Assembly: GCA_031416075.1 (NCBI GenBank)
Contig: JANOSY010000027.1
Coordinates: 1-43,945, forward strand
Direction: 5' to 3'
DNA: 43,945 bases
Source: Candidatus Tenderia sp.
GTDB lineage: Bacteria > Pseudomonadota > Gammaproteobacteria > Tenderiales > Tenderiaceae
Both the position numbers and the translations under genes were made by a program. Of the stretch, positions 38,664 through 43,945 are shown piece after piece. A model generated the notes under the pieces. That model ran no database searches. It was not told the DNA's origin and saw only the letters and a program-made list of their open reading frames with translations. Position 1 is the first letter of the stretch. Every line of letters begins with the position of its first letter.

Positions 38664-40805
38664 ATGTTTAAAGACTTTCTGCGCTGGTTGTTGCGTTTGC
38701 TCTATAAGGTTGAGATCAAGGGCGAGGAGTATTTGCAGCAGTTTAGTGAGCGTACAGTGGTGGTGGCCAACCATACATCACTGCTTGATGCGTTGCTGTT
38801 TTATGCCTTTTTACCCGTGCCGGCAACGTTTGCGATTAATACCTATATCGCGCAGAACTGGATGGGACGTGTTGGGGCGCTGTTTAGTGATCTGTTTCCG
38901 CTGGATCCTGCCAACCCGTTGTCGATCCGTTCGTTGATCCGTCGTGTTGAAAAAGGCGGCTGTGTAGTGATCTTCCCCGAGGGGCGTATTACGGTCACAG
39001 GTTCATTGATGAAGGTTTACCACGGGCCGGGGCTGGTGGCGGAGCGCTCCCGTGCGACGATTGTGCCGATCCGTATTGATGGTGCTCAGTACACCCCGTT
39101 TTCACGTTTGCGTGGCAGGGTGCGGTTAAGCTGGTTTCCAAAAATCACATTGAACGTACAGCCACCGCGCTGTTTGTATATTGATCCGGCGCTTACGGGG
39201 CGTGTACGCCGTGAGCGAGCAGGGAATGTGCTGGCCGATTTAATGTCTGAGTTGATGTTTGAGACCGCCAACATGGAGCAGACCCTGGTTGAGCGCCTGC
39301 TAGAAGCACGTCGTATCCATGGTGGTTCACACGTTGTTGCAGAGGATGTTAACCGTACACCATTGAACTACAACACACTCATTACCCGTTCCGTAGTGCT
39401 GGGCGAACAGCTGGTGTTGCAGTGTGAGGGCGACCAGATGGTGGGAGTACTGTTGCCAAGTACCTTGGCAACGGTGGCCACATTCTGGGGGTTGCAGTTT
39501 TACGGCCGTGTCCCGGCGATGTTGAACTATACGATAGGGGCGCAGGGCATGATTGCTGCCTGCGAGACGGCGCAGCTGCGTCGTGTTGTAACATCGCGCC
39601 GTTTTATCGACCAGGCAAAACTGGGTGATGCTGTTGCCGCATTGGGTGAGAAGATTGAGTTGATCTATCTCGAAGAGGTGGCCGCGACGATTGGTCTGTT
39701 TGATAAGGTCAAAGGGTGGGTCAAGAGCCGTTTTGATATGCAGCTGTTAGGGCTTGCAGAGCGTGACTTCAGGGAACGGGCCGTTGTTCTGTTTACATCT
39801 GGGTCCGAGGGCATGCCCAAGGGTGTTGTGCTGTCGCACTGCAATCTGCTGTCGAATATTCAGCAGCTGGTGTCGCGTATTGATTTCAGTGCCCAGGATG
39901 TTGCCCTGAATGCGTTGCCACTGTTCCACTCCTTTGGCCTGACGGCAGGCATGGTGATGCCGATCACCTCCGGTGTTCGTGTCTTCTTCTACCCATCGCC
40001 TCTCCATTACCGAGTGGTGCCGGAGGTTGCGTATGAGATTAACGCCACGATCCTGTTTGGTACCAATACCTTTCTGGCCGGTTACGCCCGGTTTGCGGAC
40101 CCGTATGATTTTTATAGCCTGCGTTATGTCTTTGCCGGTGCTGAAAAATTGCAGGAAGAGGTACGACGCACTTGGTTGGATAAGTTTGGTGTGCGTATTT
40201 TTGAGGGGTACGGGGCCACAGAGGCAAGCCCGGTTATTGCCGGCAATACACCACTGGCCTACAGCCCCGGCACGGTCGGGCGGTTGATGCCCGGCATAGA
40301 GTATCGTTTGACGCATGTGCCGGGATTGACCGAGGGGCAGCGTCTGCAGGTGCGCGGACCCAATGTGATGTTGGGCTATCTGCTTCATGCCAACCCAGGC
40401 GTTCTGGTGCCACCGGTTACCGAGCTGGGTGAGGGGTGGTATGACACCGGTGACATTGTCACGATTGATGAGAAAGGTTTTGTTCGCATCTGTGGTCGTG
40501 CAAAACGGTTTGCAAAAATAGCCGGGGAGATGGTCTCGCTGACTTCGGTGGAGGTCTTGGCCAGCAAGGTGTGGCCAGACGCGCTACATGCAGCCATTGC
40601 CATTGCCGATGAGCGCAAAGGCGAGCAGGTGGTGCTGCTGACAACAGTGAAAGAGGCTGACCGTTCGGCGCTGTTACGTCAGGCACAGAGTGATGGTGTG
40701 GCCGAGATTAGTGTGCCACGGCAAGTACAATGTATCGCCCAGATGCCGGTATTGGGGACTGGCAAAATAGATTATGTGGCAGCGGCCAAACTGGTGGTCT
40801 CATAA
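38664..40805 (+). CDS. aas: Bifunctional 2-acyl-GPE acyltransferase / acyl-ACP synthetase
   Basis: ANHTSLLD and IFPEGR (PlsC-type), FTSGSEGMPKGV, EGYGATE, WYDTGD, GRAKRFAKIAGEM, GTGK. Confidence 0.92.
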   Translation: MFKDFLRWLLRLLYKVEIKGEEYLQQFSERTVVVANHTSLLDALLFYAFLPVPATFAINTYIAQNWMGRVGALFSDLFPLDPANPLSIRSLIRRVEKGGCVVIFPEGRITVTGSLMKVYHGPGLVAERSRATIVPIRIDGAQYTPFSRLRGRVRLSWFPKITLNVQPPRCLYIDPALTGRVRRERAGNVLADLMSELMFETANMEQTLVERLLEARRIHGGSHVVAEDVNRTPLNYNTLITRSVVLGEQLVLQCEGDQMVGVLLPSTLATVATFWGLQFYGRVPAMLNYTIGAQGMIAACETAQLRRVVTSRRFIDQAKLGDAVAALGEKIELIYLEEVAATIGLFDKVKGWVKSRFDMQLLGLAERDFRERAVVLFTSGSEGMPKGVVLSHCNLLSNIQQLVSRIDFSAQDVALNALPLFHSFGLTAGMVMPITSGVRVFFYPSPLHYRVVPEVAYEINATILFGTNTFLAGYARFADPYDFYSLRYVFAGAEKLQEEVRRTWLDKFGVRIFEGYGATEASPVIAGNTPLAYSPGTVGRLMPGIEYRLTHVPGLTEGQRLQVRGPNVMLGYLLHANPGVLVPPVTELGEGWYDTGDIVTIDEKGFVRICGRAKRFAKIAGEMVSLTSVEVLASKVWPDALHAAIAIADERKGEQVVLLTTVKEADRSALLRQAQSDGVAEISVPRQVQCIAQMPVLGTGKIDYVAAAKLVVS

Positions 40806-40807
40806 CC

Positions 40808-41986
40808 ATGAAACAGAACCTTTATAAGGTGTTAACAACGCAGTTCCTCACCGCCTTTGCCGACAACGCCGTGCTCTTTACCGCAATTACGCTGGTCATG
40901 AAACAGGGGGCGCTGGGGGGGTGGTACATCCCCGCCTTGCAAGCATCATTTTTGGTGGCGTTTGTTGTCTGTGCGCCATGGGTTGGGCGTTTTGCAGATG
41001 CCCGCCCCAAGCCGCGTATCTTGATGGGTGCCAATGTGATCAAGGCGGCGGGAGCCGGACTGTTGCTGTTTCAGGTAGAGCCGCTGCTGGCGTACGCCAT
41101 TATCGGTCTTGGCGCAGCGGCATATAGTCCAGCCAAGTATGGCATCCTGCCTGAACTGGTGGATGAGCAGTCACTGGTGAAGGCCAATGGCTGGATCGAA
41201 GGTTCAACCATCCTGGCGATTCTCAGTGGCACGTTGGTGGGGGCGGTAGTGGCGGAGTACTCCATCACGTTGGCGCTCACCTTTATTGTCGGGTTGTACA
41301 TCGCCTCTGCCTTGGTGGCGTGGACCATTCGCCACGATGTGGTGGTTGGGCCAGCCTCAGGCTCGGCAGTGGGCAACTTTTTTGTGCAGATGCGCGGCCT
41401 GCTGGCTACACCACGGGCCCGTTTTTCGGTGTTGGGTGTCAGCCTGTTTTGGTCGTCGGCAACGGTATTGCGGGTATTGCTGGTGGCGTGGGCACCGGTG
41501 GCGCTGTTGATTCACTCCACCACCGAGATTGCGTTGTTGACGATGTTTGTGGCGATCGGCATCGCGGTAGGCTCGGTACTGGTGCCGCGCCTGATCCCCA
41601 TGGCCTATCTGCGTCGGGCACGTTTGGCGGCGTATGTGATGGGCGTCGTCATTATTATGCTGGCGATGGTTGATGGTCTCTGGCCGGCACGTCTGGCGCT
41701 GTTTCTGGCCGGTGTCTGCGGCGGCCTGTTTGTGGTGCCTATTAATGCGGCACTGCAAGAGATCGGTCATAAAACCATCGGCAGCGGTGGTGCGGTAGCG
41801 ATACAGAATTTTTTCGAAAATCTGGCAATGCTGCTGGCGTCCGGGCTCTATGCGTTGATTGCTGGGGCTGGAGTAGGGCCGGTGGTCACCATGGTCTGTT
41901 TAGGGGGGATTGTGATTATTGCCACAGTACTGGTGTCGTGGCACCTGCCCCGTGATACAGGCTCACTGCTTGATAAGCAGCAGTGA
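40808..41986 (+). CDS. lplT: Lysophospholipid transporter (MFS)
   Basis: QFLTAFADNA, YSPAKYGILPE, KANGWIEG, VVPINAALQE, AIQNFFEN; directly after aas. Confidence 0.92.
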   Translation: MKQNLYKVLTTQFLTAFADNAVLFTAITLVMKQGALGGWYIPALQASFLVAFVVCAPWVGRFADARPKPRILMGANVIKAAGAGLLLFQVEPLLAYAIIGLGAAAYSPAKYGILPELVDEQSLVKANGWIEGSTILAILSGTLVGAVVAEYSITLALTFIVGLYIASALVAWTIRHDVVVGPASGSAVGNFFVQMRGLLATPRARFSVLGVSLFWSSATVLRVLLVAWAPVALLIHSTTEIALLTMFVAIGIAVGSVLVPRLIPMAYLRRARLAAYVMGVVIIMLAMVDGLWPARLALFLAGVCGGLFVVPINAALQEIGHKTIGSGGAVAIQNFFENLAMLLASGLYALIAGAGVGPVVTMVCLGGIVIIATVLVSWHLPRDTGSLLDKQQ

Positions 41987-42018
41987 GTACTTCAACTGCT
42001 GTTGATCAGAGGCTACAA

Positions 42019-42609
42019 CTATAAACTTTTGAGCTTACGTTCCAGCTGGGTGATGGCATCACTCATCTGGAACGAAATCTTGGCCATCTCCTGACGTAGA
42101 TAGATGTTCTCGATATGCATCTGGATATGGAAGGCCAGCTTCTCCAGAATCCTCAGATCGCCTTCGGTAAACTCATTCATCCCCACTTTATTGATTGCCT
42201 GAATGGCGCCTGTGATCTTGTCGGTGGTCACCCCGCGCACCGGCACACAAAGGGTATTGTAGGTAACGTAACCGGTCTTGATGGCAACGTTATCGTGGGC
42301 CCCCATCTGCTGCTGCATGTTGTTCTCAAATATGGGCTTGCCATTGGCAATGGTACGCCCCACCACAGAACCCGATTGTGGAACCTTGATCTGGCGCTCT
42401 TCAACATTGGTACCGCAGTGGACCCAGATGTGGGAGTCAACCGGATCGTGAATAAAGATACTCACCCGCTCGGCGTTGATGGTTTTGGGTAGGATCTCAA
42501 CAAAAAACTGTAACAGTTCGCGGTTGCCGGTCTTCTTCCAGGCGTTGTCGATCATTGACTGCTTGGTTTTAAGCTCTGCCAGCCGCTGTTCAAGGGCTAT
42601 TTTATCCAT
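42019..42609 (-). CDS. Stand-alone GAF-domain protein
   Basis: AERVSIF, SVVG, D..TGYVT..LCVP, GAIQAINK...FTEGD..IL (NKFDE-like); coiled coils at both ends. Confidence 0.88.
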   Translation of the reverse strand: MDKIALEQRLAELKTKQSMIDNAWKKTGNRELLQFFVEILPKTINAERVSIFIHDPVDSHIWVHCGTNVEERQIKVPQSGSVVGRTIANGKPIFENNMQQQMGAHDNVAIKTGYVTYNTLCVPVRGVTTDKITGAIQAINKVGMNEFTEGDLRILEKLAFHIQMHIENIYLRQEMAKISFQMSDAITQLERKLKSL

Positions 42610-42639
42610 GGTGTGGTCTCGTTATTAAAATCAACTTCA

Positions 42640-43839
42640 CTACTCCGCACGTAACGCCTCCACCGGGTCCAGCCGCGCCGCTTGGCGTGCTGGCACCAGT
42701 CCAGCAATCAGGCCGATGGTAATAGCCACCGTTTCGGCCAGGACGATATAAAAGCCGGAGAGGTGGACTGGCAGTGACGGGATCATGGTCTGCAGCAGCA
42801 GGGCACTGCCGACGCCCAGAATCAAACCACCAATACCACCCAAGGCACCTAATGTAACGGCCTCTCCTATGAACAAGATTAGGATCTGTTGCTGTTCAGC
42901 ACCGAGCGCCCGCAATAAGCCCACCTCACTGGTACGTTCGCTCACCGCAATGGTCATGATAGTGGTGATACCGATGCCACCCACCAGCAGCGAGATGCCA
43001 CCGATGGCAGCAACAGCCAGTGTCAATATATTAAGGATGGAGCTAAGGGTCTCCAGCATCTGTTCCTGGGTGGTGATGGTGAAATCCTCGCCGCCATGGC
43101 GGGCCATGAGCAGCTCCTTAACCCGCTGGGTAAGGGTAGTGGCGCTGGCGTCGGCCGCGTAAAGCAGGTTGATCTCCATCAGGCCATCGCGGTTAAAAAG
43201 GGTCATCGCCTGTGCTGTTGGCAGATAGACAGCATCGTCCAGATCAAACCCCAGCATCTGCCCCTTGCTTGCCATCACCCCAATCACACGGAAGCGGCTA
43301 TTGCCAACACGCACGTAACGGCCCAGCACACGCTCCTGGCCAAACAGCTCATGATGTACCTTGGAGCCCAGCACCACTAGGGCACGGCTGCCACTGCTAT
43401 CGTCATCGGGCAGAAACTGCCCCAGGGCCACCTTAAACTGCCAGACCTGCGGCGCAGCGTGGCCAACACCATAAACGGTCACACGGCGGCTGTGGGTACC
43501 GTTCTCAACCGCCGCATTGCCCTGCACCACCGGCACCACCTCCAGCACCTGAGGCAGATGTTTCAACGTCTGAGAATCCTCCAGCGACAGCGGACGTATA
43601 TTGCCAATCAACGCCCCCGGCACTCCCGCTGTGGCGGCCTTGCCAGGAACAACGCTGATCAGATGGGTACCAAATTGGGTAAACTCCGCCAGCACAAAAC
43701 GGTGAATCCCCTCACCGATGGCGGTCAGCAATACCACCGCCGCAATACCCACGGCAATGCCAAGCATGGTCAAAAAACTACGTAACCGGTAGTGGCGCAA
43801 CGCGCTAAGGGAGAGGGTAGTGGTATCGCTGAGTCTCAT
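42640..43839 (-). CDS. ABC transporter permease (MacB/FtsX family)
   Basis: LRSFLTMLGIAVG, periplasmic core, ISLLVGGIGI..IM..VSERT.E.G...ALGA, PARQAARLDPVEALR. Confidence 0.93.
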   Translation of the reverse strand: MRLSDTTTLSLSALRHYRLRSFLTMLGIAVGIAAVVLLTAIGEGIHRFVLAEFTQFGTHLISVVPGKAATAGVPGALIGNIRPLSLEDSQTLKHLPQVLEVVPVVQGNAAVENGTHSRRVTVYGVGHAAPQVWQFKVALGQFLPDDDSSGSRALVVLGSKVHHELFGQERVLGRYVRVGNSRFRVIGVMASKGQMLGFDLDDAVYLPTAQAMTLFNRDGLMEINLLYAADASATTLTQRVKELLMARHGGEDFTITTQEQMLETLSSILNILTLAVAAIGGISLLVGGIGITTIMTIAVSERTSEVGLLRALGAEQQQILILFIGEAVTLGALGGIGGLILGVGSALLLQTMIPSLPVHLSGFYIVLAETVAITIGLIAGLVPARQAARLDPVEALRAE

Positions 43840-43883
43840 GCTCCTATTTTAGGGCAGAGTTGTGGCAGAAGGCAGAGCAGTTT

Positions 43884-43945
43884 TCAGAGGATCTCCTTAT
43901 CGCCTGGCAATACCCACGCCTGCGGATGTCTCTCAAACCCAAGAT
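43884..43945 (-). CDS. 3' end of a probable GNAT N-acetyltransferase (partial)
   Basis: Minus-strand frame reads LGFERHPQAWVLPGDKEIL*, resembling the GF motif at the end of GNAT proteins; runs off the window. Confidence 0.5.
   Translation of the reverse strand, partial: LGFERHPQAWVLPGDKEIL

Noticed and set aside
39747-40388. 213-aa antisense ORF within aas, and similar shadow ORFs over ggt, coaD, ftsY, ftsE and the permease
   Set aside because: They lie entirely over well-supported genes and show no motifs; typical of codon bias in GC-rich genes.

Overview
Gammaproteobacterial chromosomal window with a core backbone (ggt, yfhL-type ferredoxin, coaD, rsmD, two M16 peptidases, ftsY-ftsE-ftsX-rpoH; later cobQ, btuF, aas-lplT) and several accessory blocks. 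It opens with an IS110-family element whose structured upstream non-coding region looks like a bridge RNA. A cluster of cbb3-oxidase-associated genes follows: CcoG/FixG-like protein, lipoprotein cytochrome c, YtkA/FixH-like lipoprotein, a four-helix 'mini-CcoN' and an unannotated 36-aa membrane protein. The most striking feature lies directly behind rpoH: a complete Wadjet/MksBEFG (jetABCD) operon with an intact BsuBI/PstI-family type II restriction-modification pair inserted co-directionally between jetB and jetC. Further on are a two-gene processive GT2 plus TPR/beta-barrel polysaccharide module, a secreted DsrE-like protein, a DgcP-like diguanylate cyclase, a HAF-repeat/DUF11 surface protein and a YebB-like enzyme with a divergent regulator. 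A CIRCE operator overlaps a sigmaE-type promoter upstream of rpoH. I recognised no tRNA, rRNA or CRISPR array. All family calls come from motif recognition by eye; no database searches were run.
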